Positions 29,124 to 38,799 of a DNA stretch of 64,000 nt are shown here, one piece after another; the first letter of the stretch is position 1, and every line of letters starts with the position of its first letter. Position numbers and translations under genes: made by a program. The DNA comes from an uncultured bacterium (lineage in GTDB: Bacteria > Chloroflexota > UBA5177 > JANWHV01), in NCBI GenBank assembly GCA_963827235.1, contig CAWHAE010000017.1, positions 32,001 to 96,000 of the forward strand, written 5' to 3'. The notes under the pieces were generated by a model. It was not told where the DNA came from. It saw nothing but the letters and a program-made list of their open reading frames with translations, and made no database searches.

Positions 29124-30650
29124 GTGACCGACTCCATCGACGTGGCAGCTGACGCGGGCGCGGCGGGCAAGCCGTTCGCTCATCACTGGCGTACCTGCGT
29201 CGGGGCAGGGCGCGTGGCGGAAGGATTGCGTGCCGACTTCCAACACCACCTCGAAATGGTGCAGCGCGATATACCGTTCCTTTATCTGCGCGCACACGGC
29301 CTGTTTCACGAGGACATGATGGTGTATCGCGAGGAAGGCGGGCAGCCAGTCTTCAACTGGCAGTACGTTGACCTCGTCTACGACCACTGGCTCTCTTGCG
29401 CGATCCGGCCGTTTGTCGAGCTGAGCTTCATGCCGTATGACCTGGCGAGCGGTACGGATACCGTCTTCTGGTGGAAGGCCAATATCACGCCGCCACGAGA
29501 CTATGCCCACTGGGAGCTACTCGTCGAGCAGTTCCTGCGCCACGTGATCGATCGCTACGGCATCGCTGAGGTGCGCCGCTGGTACTTCGAGGTCTGGAAC
29601 GAGCCGAATCTCACCGTGTTCTGGCGCGATGCCGACTTCGAAGCCTACATGCAGCTCTACGAGCGGACGGCTCGTGTCCTCAAGCGCATCGACGCCGGCC
29701 TGCGTGTGGGAGGGCCAGCCTCGGCCGGCTCCGGGCCGCATCCTGGCGTGCCGCCCTGGGGTATCGAGTTTCTTGCCGCGTGCCGCGACCGGTCTCTGCC
29801 GCTGGACTTCTTCTCCACACATCCTTACCCCACCGAACATCCTGTCGATCTAGAGAGCAAGGGTTACATGATCTGGGCAGGTTCCGAGCGGCTGCTCGTT
29901 GACCTCGAGGGGGCGCGTGCCGTGCTGGACGGAGCCGGCTACCGCGCCTTGGAGCGTCATTGCACCGAGTGGAGCAGCAGCCCGAGTCCGCGCGACATCA
30001 GCCACGATACCGCCTACATGGCTGCCTTCGTTGTGCGCAACAACTGGCTGGCCCGCGGATTGGCCGATTCGCTGTCTTACTGGACGCTGAGCGACATCTT
30101 CGAAGAAGGCCGCCTGGGCGACACGCCGTTTCACGGCGGCTTCGGCCTCGTGAACGTACAAGGGCTCAGGAAGCCCTCGTTCCACGGCTACCGGTTCCTG
30201 TCGCGCCTCGGCGAAGAGGAGCTGGCCGATGGTGACTCATACGCCGTAACGCGGCGTGCTGATGGCTCGCTCGCCATTCTGCTCTGGAACTACTGTCACT
30301 ACGACAGCGCGCATAACGATAGCCGGGCCATTGACCGCGCCCAAGGCGCGCGGGTCTACGATCTCTTCGAGCAGAAACCGGCCCGGCCGTTCCTGCTGCG
30401 CTGTTCTGGGCTCGACGGAACTCTGCGCATGCAGACCACGCGCTTCGACCGCCACCACGGGAGCGTCTACGACGCCTGGCTGGACATGGGCGCTCCCTCC
30501 CACATCCGGCCGGCCGATCTCGCGGCGCTCAAAGCCGCAATGGAGCCCGAGATCAGCGTTCAGCGGACGCGTCCTCACGACGGTATCCTGGTCCTGCCGT
30601 GTATGGTCGAGCCGCATGGCGTCACGCTACTGGAGATCAGCAAGGAATGA
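29124..30650 (+). CDS. GH39 beta-xylosidase (XynB-like)
   Basis: YLRAHGLFHEDM, RPFVELSFMP, FEVWNEPN, HPYP, TEW, SYWTLSDIFEE, FHGGFGL. RBS AGGAGAGG precedes the GTG. Confidence 0.93.
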   Translation: MTDSIDVAADAGAAGKPFAHHWRTCVGAGRVAEGLRADFQHHLEMVQRDIPFLYLRAHGLFHEDMMVYREEGGQPVFNWQYVDLVYDHWLSCAIRPFVELSFMPYDLASGTDTVFWWKANITPPRDYAHWELLVEQFLRHVIDRYGIAEVRRWYFEVWNEPNLTVFWRDADFEAYMQLYERTARVLKRIDAGLRVGGPASAGSGPHPGVPPWGIEFLAACRDRSLPLDFFSTHPYPTEHPVDLESKGYMIWAGSERLLVDLEGARAVLDGAGYRALERHCTEWSSSPSPRDISHDTAYMAAFVVRNNWLARGLADSLSYWTLSDIFEEGRLGDTPFHGGFGLVNVQGLRKPSFHGYRFLSRLGEEELADGDSYAVTRRADGSLAILLWNYCHYDSAHNDSRAIDRAQGARVYDLFEQKPARPFLLRCSGLDGTLRMQTTRFDRHHGSVYDAWLDMGAPSHIRPADLAALKAAMEPEISVQRTRPHDGILVLPCMVEPHGVTLLEISKE

Positions 30651-31321
30651 CTCGGACAGCGTGCAAGTCGGCAATGGCCAGCCAGCGCCTGAGTCTGGTA
30701 GCCTGACAACCGCGTGTCGTTCGCGTGGCCGGCGGGAGCCCGATGGTGCCTGAGCGCCAGCAAGCCCACTGCCGGGAATACGCCCCCGGCATCCCGGTCG
30801 CGTTGATTCCGGCTCGCCGGTGTTCGGCTCTGTTGCTGATCGTCGTGGTGGCTCTTCAGCCTGCCGCGATCGGCTATGGGGCGGCTTCCGACGCGACCCT
30901 CATCCGGGTGTGGCTCACGATGAAGTCGGCGTACGGCAGGGCATCGCTGCTGGGAACATAGCTATTCGGAACACAGCTATTCATTGTAGTACCGATTCAG
31001 TGGCGGCGCCTTGGGCGCCTCGGTGGCCGGCACGGGAGCCGAGCCTATGCGGGTTCCATGCGGCACATAGTCCACCCAGCTGGCGAGCGGTATCGAGCCA
31101 GCCTGACAAAGAATAACAGCGTGTCCTTGGCCGTACGGTCGTGGTACGCAAGTCCTTGAGGGAAGGCATAGGACCTTCCCAGCATCAGCAAGGTGAGCTC
31201 TGCCCCTCCGGCCAGTCGTCCGGCAAGCACTACAGCTTGGCAGACGGCGTGCACCAGCCATACACTGGAGTCGTCATGAGCTGCCTTGCGGTCAGAGCAA
31301 GCAGCTTGGAGGAAAGCGCGC

Positions 31322-32299
31322 ATGGCTGCTGAGCAGAGAGTGGAGTTTGGCTGGCGTGTGCCAGAGTTCCCAACCGACACGACGCGGGGCCACGCCTTCA
31401 TGGTCCAGGTCGGGGAGCATCTTGCCGCCGCCGAGGACGGTGGCTTTGCCAGCGCGTGGGTGGCCGATCATTTCGTGCCCTTTCCGGCATGGCAAGACGT
31501 GGAGACGGACAACGTGGAGTGCTGGACCACGCTCACTTATCTGGCCGCGCGTTTCCAGCGCCTGACCTGGGGCAGTATCGTGCTTAGCCAGTCCTTTCGC
31601 AATCCTGCATTGCTGGCCAAGATGGCAGCGACCCTCTGCGCGCTGGCACCGGGCCGCTTGGTGCTGGGCCTCGGTGCCGGCTGGAAAGAGGAAGAGTATC
31701 ATGCCTACGGCTACCCGTTTCCGCCCATTCGGACGCGTATCATCCAGCTTGCAGAGACGGTGGAGATCGTGCGGAGGCTGTGGACGACGGCAGGAGCGGT
31801 GACGTATGAGGGTCAGCGCTATGCGATCCGTGACGCGCATTTGCAGCCGAAGCCCGATCCGCTACCGCCAATCATGATTGGCGGTAGCGGCGAACGACTG
31901 ATGCTCCGCCTGATTGCCGAGCACGCAGACTGGTACAATCTGCCGGGCGGGTCGTTGGAGATATACAAACACAAGCTCGAAGTACTGGCCCAGCACTGTG
32001 CAGCGATTGGCAGAGATCCGGCCACGATACGCAAGACGTGGGCGTGCGAGTGTGTGGCCGTGGCGCCGACGCAGAGCGCCGCGCAGCAGCTGGCAGAAGC
32101 CAGTCCGTTCTATGAGGTTGCCAACGCACTTGTTGGTACACCTGACGAGGTGGCCGCTGCGCTGCAGCGCTGGATCGAGGCTGGTGTCAGCTATTTTCAG
32201 CTTCGCTTTGCCGACTTCCCGCACCTCGACGGCGTGAGGTTGTTCGCGCGCGAAGTCTTGCCGCGGTTCGCTACAGCCAGGTACGCGATACGCCCGTAG
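31322..32299 (+). CDS. LLM-class flavin/F420-dependent oxidoreductase
   Basis: GFASAWVADHF, ECWTTL, RNPALLAKMAATL, GRLVLGLGAGW, PPIMIGGSGE. Confidence 0.92.
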   Translation: MAAEQRVEFGWRVPEFPTDTTRGHAFMVQVGEHLAAAEDGGFASAWVADHFVPFPAWQDVETDNVECWTTLTYLAARFQRLTWGSIVLSQSFRNPALLAKMAATLCALAPGRLVLGLGAGWKEEEYHAYGYPFPPIRTRIIQLAETVEIVRRLWTTAGAVTYEGQRYAIRDAHLQPKPDPLPPIMIGGSGERLMLRLIAEHADWYNLPGGSLEIYKHKLEVLAQHCAAIGRDPATIRKTWACECVAVAPTQSAAQQLAEASPFYEVANALVGTPDEVAAALQRWIEAGVSYFQLRFADFPHLDGVRLFAREVLPRFATARYAIRP

Positions 32300-32384
32300 C
32301 CCTCATGCTGCACGAGTGATGCTAATGGGTCAGTTGTCCTGGTTATTGCCATTGGCTCAGGCCGCCTTTCGTCGCGGCACGGGC

Positions 32385-32580
32385 TGCCAGCTTTCGGCGT
32401 TCATGTGCTCGCCGCCGATCGCCTGCTGGTCGAAGGCGACTTGAGAGTCGCGGGTCACACCGTGCCGATCGCCTTCGAAGTTCGTCTCGCACAGCGAGAG
32501 AGCACGATCACAGTGGAAGCTCAGATCCCGGCCGACCGCGCGCGCTTCGGCATGACCCATAACCTCTTGCACATGGTGTC
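32385..32580 (+). pseudogene. YceI-family C-terminal fragment
   Basis: LLVEGDLRVAGHTVPIAFEV...VEAQIPADRARFGMTHN resembles the YceI G-L-T-I-G / D-R-x-x-F-G motifs. Confidence 0.6.
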
Positions 32581-32757
32581 GTCCGCGGCGCTGCGATGGT
32601 GGGACGCAACGTCCTCTACCCCGGCAACGTCGACCCGCAATTGGTCGGGCGCGCGATCAGCCGTATCGTGCATCGGGGCAGCAGCGGTGAGGAAGCGCTG
32701 GATCTCCTGCAGACGGGCAAGGCGGAGCGCACCGCAGCATTCGCCTGCTTAGCATGA
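32581..32757 (+). pseudogene. C-terminal fragment of a class I (Cgl0159/DhnA-like) aldolase
   Basis: Manual translation VRGAAMVGRNVLYPGNVDPQLVGRAISRIVHRGSSGEEAL...* (not in the ORF track). Confidence 0.55.
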
Positions 32758-32759
32758 GA

Positions 32760-33270
32760 CAGCGTGCGGGCGGGCGATGCACTCCTCCCTCGAGTAACCC
32801 CCTGGAGGAAGTCCGTGTAACTGAGTTCTTGTTCGGCAGCGCGTTCCAGCCAGGCCGGCAAGACCGCGGCGGCCTGCGCGAGATGGAGTTGCGCGAGCAG
32901 CGGTGCCAAGGGATCGGTCATCGTGCTGCCTGCGTCCGGTCCTGATGCACCCACGCTTCATAGATCTGCAACGATCGGTCGACCGCTGTTTGGCTAGGCT
33001 GACCCGGCAAAACCAGACGCAGCGGCGGCTGGCTAAGCCGAGGATGGTGGAGCAGCACGGCGAGCGCGTCGGCTTGGTAGGTGCCGGCCTCATCGGCGAG
33101 GGCCATGGCCGCCAGGAGGTCCGCGGTCCCATAGGTCTGGCCCAGGGCATAGACCGCCCGCAGCTCCTCCGGCAAGTGGTCGCGCTGCCGCGAGGAGAGG
33201 GCGGCCAGGAAGGCGGGCGCCACGCCACCTAAGCGCAGCAGTGAGTCCCGATAGAGCATCGCCACCATCT
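32760..33270 (-). mobile_element. IS21-family remnant: istA C-terminus and istB N-terminus
   Basis: An IstA-like tail ending DRSLQIYE overlaps by ATGA (32918-32921) with an IstB-like start MTDPLAPLLAQLHL...AAEQELSYTDFLQG, which is then frameshifted and truncated. Confidence 0.8.
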
Positions 33271-33408
33271 GGGGTGCCCCACTCCAAAGCATGCCAGTGC
33301 CAATCCTGGAGGTAACCAGCCGTGAGGCAGGGCCATCTGCGCGGGGTGTCATGGCACAGGCGCGGCGAGCCCGTACAAGGCAGCAAAGGCACCTGAGCGA
33401 GAGACGGT

Positions 33409-34152
33409 CTAGCGCGCCGCGCTCTGTCCCGCCAGTGCCTCGTCCCACATCTCATTGGCTCCCTGCATATACACGTCGACGAAGTTCGGGATGGGCAGCA
33501 GAGGCTGCTCGAGGCGGGCCGCAGTCTCGGGAGCGAGCGCGTGCAGGGTGACGGCCTCACGGCCGGCCTGCCGGACCACCTGCAAGTAGCTGTCGACGGC
33601 GGGCTGGACGGCCGGGTCGGTGCTCTGCAGGAGACCGCCGCCGCCCCTATAAATCTCGGCGATCAGCTCGCCGTGGAAGTTCCGTGCCACGCGTTGGAAC
33701 AGTAGCCGCAGCACCTGGAAGTGGCTTTGTTCGGCAAATCCGCAATTGGCGATGGCGATTAGAGAGGGAGCGAGCCGATGCTTCCGGACATGGCGATACT
33801 CTCCGCGGTCGTCTTGCTCGAAATGAGGATCAACAAGGGGGATGAGCCTGTCCATGAAGGTCTTCATGAGGCCGGAGACGTTGTCGACGTAGAGCGGCGT
33901 GGCGACGACCAGCATGTCAGCGGCGGCCACCTTCGGCAGCAAATCGCGCATGTCGTCGTCCTGCACGCAGACACCGGGCGAGCCGGCCCAGCAGGTGAAA
34001 CAGCCGCGGCACGGCTTGATCTCGCAGTTGGCGAGAAAGACGTTCTCGACCGCGGCGCCCGCATCTCGAGCACCTTGCAGGAACGCCTTGACCATGACGT
34101 GCGTGTTGCCGTGATCCGCCTTTGGGCTGCCGTTGAATACCGTGACGTTCAT
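33409..34152 (-). CDS. Flavodoxin family / iron-sulfur flavoprotein-like NAD(P)H-dependent FMN reductase
   Basis: NGSP...GNT, IKPCRGCFTCW...G.C..DDM, ATPLY...SGLMKTFMDR. Confidence 0.93.
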   Translation of the reverse strand: MNVTVFNGSPKADHGNTHVMVKAFLQGARDAGAAVENVFLANCEIKPCRGCFTCWAGSPGVCVQDDDMRDLLPKVAAADMLVVATPLYVDNVSGLMKTFMDRLIPLVDPHFEQDDRGEYRHVRKHRLAPSLIAIANCGFAEQSHFQVLRLLFQRVARNFHGELIAEIYRGGGGLLQSTDPAVQPAVDSYLQVVRQAGREAVTLHALAPETAARLEQPLLPIPNFVDVYMQGANEMWDEALAGQSAAR

Positions 34153-34180
34153 CGTCCGCTACCACCCTTCCTGTGGCTAT

Positions 34181-34198
34181 TTATTGATTAATCACTAA
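34181..34198. promoter_or_regulatory. Operator-like palindrome TTATTGATTAATCACTAA upstream of the flavodoxin gene
   Basis: 18-bp palindrome with one mismatch, 29 bp upstream of the start. No cognate regulator is adjacent. Confidence 0.55.
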
Positions 34199-34640
34199 CA
34201 AGGAGAGCCATCATAGTACGGCGATGCCGCGCGCGTCAAGCTCTGCGCGTGGCGCCGTCCGTGCCGCGGAGCATTGACCACGCATGCATCTCGCGACGCT
34301 CTTCGTCAGTGACACCGCCGCCACATGGAACGAGTTCACGACATCGACGCCTGCGCGGCTCCGCCTCCCCCTGGCACAACGACCGCGAAACGCGACACAT
34401 CGGCGCCGTGATCGCGCGGACCCGACGTTAAGCTTTTCGCCGCACCCACTACCCATCGAGCGGCCTCATGCATGAGGATGCAACCTCACGCTCACCGTCG
34501 TGGCGCGATGGCCTCGTGATGTGACAGGTGACCTGGCTGGCTCGGCTCGTTATGCCTGGGCGCAAGTGTCACGGTTGACATCGATGAGGCGGGAGCGGCG
34601 ATTGGTTGTTGACCACAATCGCGCGGCGCTGCCTACGCCC

Positions 34641-35200
34641 TCACCGCCCAGGCGCGGCGGGGACCACCGGGAGCACGACACGGGAGGGGTGCTCCCTGTC
34701 GAGCAAGATCTGCTGGCGGGCTACCTGCATCATGGCGCCGACGCCAAAGGGATGGCCGGCGTTCGGATCGCGATCCCAGCGCGGGAAGCAGCTAGACGTG
34801 ATCTGGAGCCGGATGCGGTGGCCTGCCTGGAACACGTTGCTCGTGGCCCACAGGTCGATCGTGTACGCATAGTGCCGTCCCGGCTCAATCAGCGTGGGCG
34901 GCGCGCCCGTGGCGAAGTCCCGGTACCGCGCCCGCAGGATCCCATCGCTCAGGTTGACGGACCGTCCGTCGGGGAGGACATCGGTTAGCCGCGCGACGAA
35001 GTCGTTGTCCGGCGCCGAGGAGGCCGCCCACAGGTGCACCGTGAGCAGGCCCGTCACCTCCATGTCTCGCTCCATTGGCGCGCTGATGTAGACGAGCACG
35101 TCGAGCCGCTCCTCGATCGGCCGGTGGTCGAACGGGCCAGCGGGGTACCACGGCCCCATGAGCGGGCCCCCGCCCCGCGTGGGCACCGGGTCCGCCGGGT
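34641..35200 (-). pseudogene. CocE/NonD hydrolase C-terminal domain fragment
   Basis: YDPADPVPTRGG, DHRPIEERLDVLVY, DFVARLTDV.PDG, F..GHRIRLQITSS.FPRWDR. The catalytic domain is missing. Confidence 0.88.
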
Positions 35201-35264
35201 CATAGGCATATTATGTGGCTTGCAGCCCCCGCGGACCATATATTGAACAATGTGCATCAATATG

Positions 35265-35273
35265 TGGTATAAT
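35265..35273 (+). promoter_or_regulatory. Extended -10 promoter (TGgTATAAT) of the cold-shock gene
   Basis: Perfect consensus ~90 bp upstream of the start, giving the long 5' UTR typical of csp genes. Confidence 0.65.
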
Positions 35274-35360
35274 AAGGAGTCATCACAGGAGCTTCTTGAT
35301 CGTATTGGTATGTGACCAATCCTCTCTCCGATCCCCCTCGCATGGCAGAAAGAGCGCACA

Positions 35361-35573
35361 GTGGCACAAGGTACAATTGCACGCGTCACCGACCGCGGTT
35401 TTGGCTTCATCAGCCAAGAGCAGGGCGGAGAAGATTTGTTCTTTCACACGTCCGCACTGGTCGGCGTTACGTTCGACGAATTGCAGCGCAACGACGTTGT
35501 GCAGTACGATTCGGAGCCGGATACGCGAGGTCGCGGCAATCGCGCGGTGAACGTTCAAAGGATCAACCGTTAA
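35361..35573 (+). CDS. Cold-shock domain protein
   Basis: RNP1 RGFGFI, RNP2 LFFH, C-terminal G.RAVNV. Confidence 0.95.
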   Translation: MAQGTIARVTDRGFGFISQEQGGEDLFFHTSALVGVTFDELQRNDVVQYDSEPDTRGRGNRAVNVQRINR

Positions 35574-35617
35574 CGGCCCCGGCGTTCCTCGAGAAGGTGA
35601 CGCTACGTACCCGACAG

Positions 35618-35656
35618 AAGGAGAGGGCGCTTCGCATTGTGGAGCGCCCTCTCCTT
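35618..35656 (+). terminator. Hairpin downstream of csp
   Basis: AAGGAGAGGGCGCT...AGCGCCCTCTCCTT forms a 14-bp stem. Confidence 0.7.
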
Positions 35657-36071
35657 GCGCTCGAAGTTCTCGAAGTTATTGCCAAGGAAGGGCCGAGCAC
35701 GAGTGCGCCAAGCATAGGCTTCGGTTGCCGCGCATGCAACAGGATGCCGCTCGATGCGCGACAGGCCTGTTCCGCTGACCCGCAATGTCCCCGCTGGGAT
35801 GGTGGCCGAGAACGAGCGGTTTCTCGACGTACGGCGGGCTGACGTCGCCCCGCAAATCCGCTCTGTCGCCGACGACGGGGACCTCAAGAAACACCGATCC
35901 GTCCGTGCGCCAGTCACGTATGACGGAACTGGGTACGACGCTCAGAGTTTATCACGAGATATCAGGTCCATTGGACCTACCGGAACGGAGCTACGCAATG
36001 CCCGAATAAGTTGTCCCGATAGCGCCGGTGGAGACGGTGATGACTGAGTCAGTCTGAGAGAGGGAACGTCA

Positions 36072-36359
36072 ATGAAGCGCTCGACCACACACGTGAAATC
36101 CGGTATGCAGGTTGTCCTCCAGGGTGAGGCACGCAAACTAGGGAACCATCTCGATCGCAACCGTATTGCCTATGAGACGCTGAGCCAGCCTGGACCCATG
36201 ACCTTGCGGGTGGCAGCAGCTGACTGGCAGTCTATTCGCGCTATCGCCACTGCACTTGGTTATGGCCGTCCAGACTTTGTCGGCGAGCCCGAGACTGTGG
36301 GAGTGGATCCTTTCAAAGGCTACTGGATGCTCCAGGCGGCTGAGGCACACCGCTGCTAG
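36072..36359 (+). CDS. Hypothetical protein (95 aa)
   Basis: RBS-like GAGAGGGA before the ATG and protein-like composition; no motif recognised. Confidence 0.5.
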   Translation: MKRSTTHVKSGMQVVLQGEARKLGNHLDRNRIAYETLSQPGPMTLRVAAADWQSIRAIATALGYGRPDFVGEPETVGVDPFKGYWMLQAAEAHRC

Positions 36360-36600
36360 GCATCGCACGTGCCGTAGACGCGCCGCTAGAGCATGTAGTC
36401 CATGAGCGTGTGGTGCCGGCACAGTAATAGCGTGCAGCCGATCGCCATCCATCGCCGCCGCTGTCCGTGGACGCCGGACGCAGCGGTTTGACCCGGGAGG
36501 AAGCACGGTCACGACGTTGACGCGCTTGCCGTCGGGGGACCACGGCACACCGCAGACGCTTGGACCTTCTCGACGGCGATGTGCGCATAGACCTGTACCG

Positions 36601-37890
36601 TCAGCGACGAGGCATGTCCGAGGACGCGCTGATCGGTGGCGTGTGAGACTCCGTCGAGGAGTCAATCTGTGCAGATCGAGCAGCCACATGCCGGCTGAAC
36701 AGCGCAGCGCTGGCTACGCCTGCGAGGCACACCAGGCCGAGCAACACCACGGTGGCCTGTACGCCGGCGTGCGCTGCCAGCACGCCCACCAGCATGCCGC
36801 CGATCGGCGTCGTGCCGGCGAAGAGCAGGTAGTAGAGGCTCATCACACGTCCGCGCAGATGATCCGGCGCGGACATCTGGAGGCGGGTGCTGGCGCTGGA
36901 GCTGAAGGTGATGCTGGCCACGCCCAACACCACCAGCAACCCCAGCGTGACCGGCATCCAGGTGGAGATTCCTACCAGTGCCAGTACGACCGAAAAGACA
37001 AGTGCGGCGACCATGATCACCGTTTGCGAGGTCTGCCGTGCCGAGGCCACGCCGAGCGCGGCGACCACCGAGCCCACGCCGAGCGCCGACGTCAGCAAGC
37101 CAAGGCCTAGCGCACCGGCGTGCAAGGTGTACCTCGCCAGCAGCGGCAGCACGGTGCCGAAGTTGTAGCCGAACGTGCCGACGATACCGACCATGGTCAA
37201 CGTGCGCAGCACATCGGGAGCGCCGACGGCGTAGCGGATCCCTGCCCCTATCTGCCGGAATACGGTGCCGCGCGCCGGTCCGGCCACGGCATGGAACTCC
37301 CGCGGACGCATGATCGCTAGGCCCACGAGCACCGGCAGGAAGCTGGCCGCATTGATCAGAAATGCCTGACCGATGCCGATGGCGCTGATCACAATGCCGG
37401 CCAGAGCGGGGCCGACCACCCTCGCCGCATTGAACAGCATGCTATTGAGAGCAACCGCATTTTGCAGCTGCTCGTGTCCGACCAACTGCGCCACGAATGC
37501 CTGTCGGGCCGGATTGTCCACCGCGTTGACGGTGCCCAGCAGGAAGGCCACCACGTAGATTTCCCACAACTGGACCGCATTGGTGACGACCAGCATGCCA
37601 AGCAGCACGGCCTGCAGAGCAGCCACGCTCTGCGTGCAGAACACCAAGTTGCGCCTGGGCACCCGGTCGGCGATCACGCCGCCGACCAGCGTCAACGCCG
37701 TCACCGGCAGGAACTGCAACATGGTGACCGTGCCCAGCGCCGTCGGGGAGTTGGTCAGCTTCAGGACCAGCCACGCTTGCGCCGTGGTCTGCATCCAGGT
37801 GCCGCTGATCGAGATCAGCTGCCCGAGCCAGAAGACGCGATAGTTGTAGATGGCAAGGGAGCGAAACGTCCGGCCGAAGCGCACCCTCAT
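36601..37890 (-). CDS. MFS transporter (DUF894/MFS_3, macrolide-efflux-like)
   Basis: FRSL...NYRVFWLGQLIS.SGTWMQ, GGVIADR.PRR, DNPARQAFV, LRGRVMS. ATG overlaps the MarR stop. Confidence 0.93.
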   Translation of the reverse strand: MRVRFGRTFRSLAIYNYRVFWLGQLISISGTWMQTTAQAWLVLKLTNSPTALGTVTMLQFLPVTALTLVGGVIADRVPRRNLVFCTQSVAALQAVLLGMLVVTNAVQLWEIYVVAFLLGTVNAVDNPARQAFVAQLVGHEQLQNAVALNSMLFNAARVVGPALAGIVISAIGIGQAFLINAASFLPVLVGLAIMRPREFHAVAGPARGTVFRQIGAGIRYAVGAPDVLRTLTMVGIVGTFGYNFGTVLPLLARYTLHAGALGLGLLTSALGVGSVVAALGVASARQTSQTVIMVAALVFSVVLALVGISTWMPVTLGLLVVLGVASITFSSSASTRLQMSAPDHLRGRVMSLYYLLFAGTTPIGGMLVGVLAAHAGVQATVVLLGLVCLAGVASAALFSRHVAARSAQIDSSTESHTPPISASSDMPRR

Positions 37891-38351
37891 GTGCTGGATA
37901 GCTCCTGGGCTTCGGCGCTCGGTGCCTGCACACGCTCGATGCCCGCTGCCACCAACTCCAGCATCTCGGTCACCCGTTCGAGATCCGGTCCAAGCTGGTC
38001 TGCCAGCGTCGTGAGGAGCGCACGATTGCCCTCCCCGATCGTGCCGACGGCTGCCGCACCGTCGGCGGTAAGCGTGAGCGGGATCACGCGCCGGTCGGCC
38101 ACCAACCGGCCACGCTCTACCAATCCGGCGCGTACCAGCTTGTCCACCAGTCCACTCACGGTCGCCGTGGTCAAGCCGAGATGGCGAGCCAGCACATGGG
38201 TGGTGACGCCGGGCTGTGCTCGAATCTTGAACAGGACTCGCAACTGCGGCAGCGTCACACCCTGCTCTTCCCATACGTGCAGGCGAAGCGTCTCCACGTA
38301 ATGCACCAGCGACCAATACGCACTGCGAAAGCGCTGTTCGATATCACCCAT
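37887..38351 (-). CDS. MarR-family regulator
   Basis: VTLPQLRVL, LARHLGLTTATVSGLVDKLVRAGLVER...DRR. A palindrome AATTAG-N11-CTAATT lies upstream (38378-38400). Confidence 0.93.
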   Translation of the reverse strand: MGDIEQRFRSAYWSLVHYVETLRLHVWEEQGVTLPQLRVLFKIRAQPGVTTHVLARHLGLTTATVSGLVDKLVRAGLVERGRLVADRRVIPLTLTADGAAAVGTIGEGNRALLTTLADQLGPDLERVTEMLELVAAGIERVQAPSAEAQELSST

Positions 38352-38440
38352 AGCCTCATACTACGGCATATCCTAACAATTAGCTACCACCTGCCTAATT
38401 CACCGTTGCGGGACGCGCAACTCCACGCAAACTCACACTT

Positions 38441-38523
38441 CCGGATAGAGGCAAACGTATGGATAGTGATCTTGGCATGACCGTACACACGAGCGACGGC
38501 AGGAGTGCTGGCTCGACTGTCCG
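38441..38523 (+). pseudogene. 5' remnant of a PRC-barrel gene paralogous to 53869
   Basis: Aligns by eye with 53851-53933 (about 80% identity), including the RBS. MDSDLGMTVHTSDGRSAGS versus MDIDLGMTVCTSDGQDVGS. Confidence 0.75.
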
Positions 38524-38632
38524 CCCTGTGCTACTTGTCCATATAGTATGAATACACTCTGCGGAACTCCTGTCTGAGCACGGGAGTAGCGCCGCGATGC
38601 AGCAGAACTCCGGGGGAAGCATGTGGCACTAC

Positions 38633-38710
38633 TTGGGATCGGACCAAAGCTCAACCATCGTGTTCCCGAGTTCGATTGAGCTGATCAAGCCGGTCCTGGC
38701 GGCGCCAGTG
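38633..38710 (+). pseudogene. C-terminal remnant of an SPFH/slipin gene paralogous to 58484
   Basis: LGSDQSSTIVFPSSIELIKPVLAAPV versus MGSNQNSTIVFPIPIELIKPLLAAPV (20/26 identical). Confidence 0.8.
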
Positions 38711-38799
38711 CCGCTGGTCCGGTCGATGTCCCTTAGCGAGGTGGCACTGATGGCGACCGCCGGCGCCGAGCCGGACTTGGCCCGGTTGCCCTCGGACGT

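Noticed and set aside
30725-30961. Short ORF with a hydrophobic signal-like stretch ending IRVWLT
   Set aside because: Could be the stub of a secreted glycosidase, but there is no diagnostic motif.
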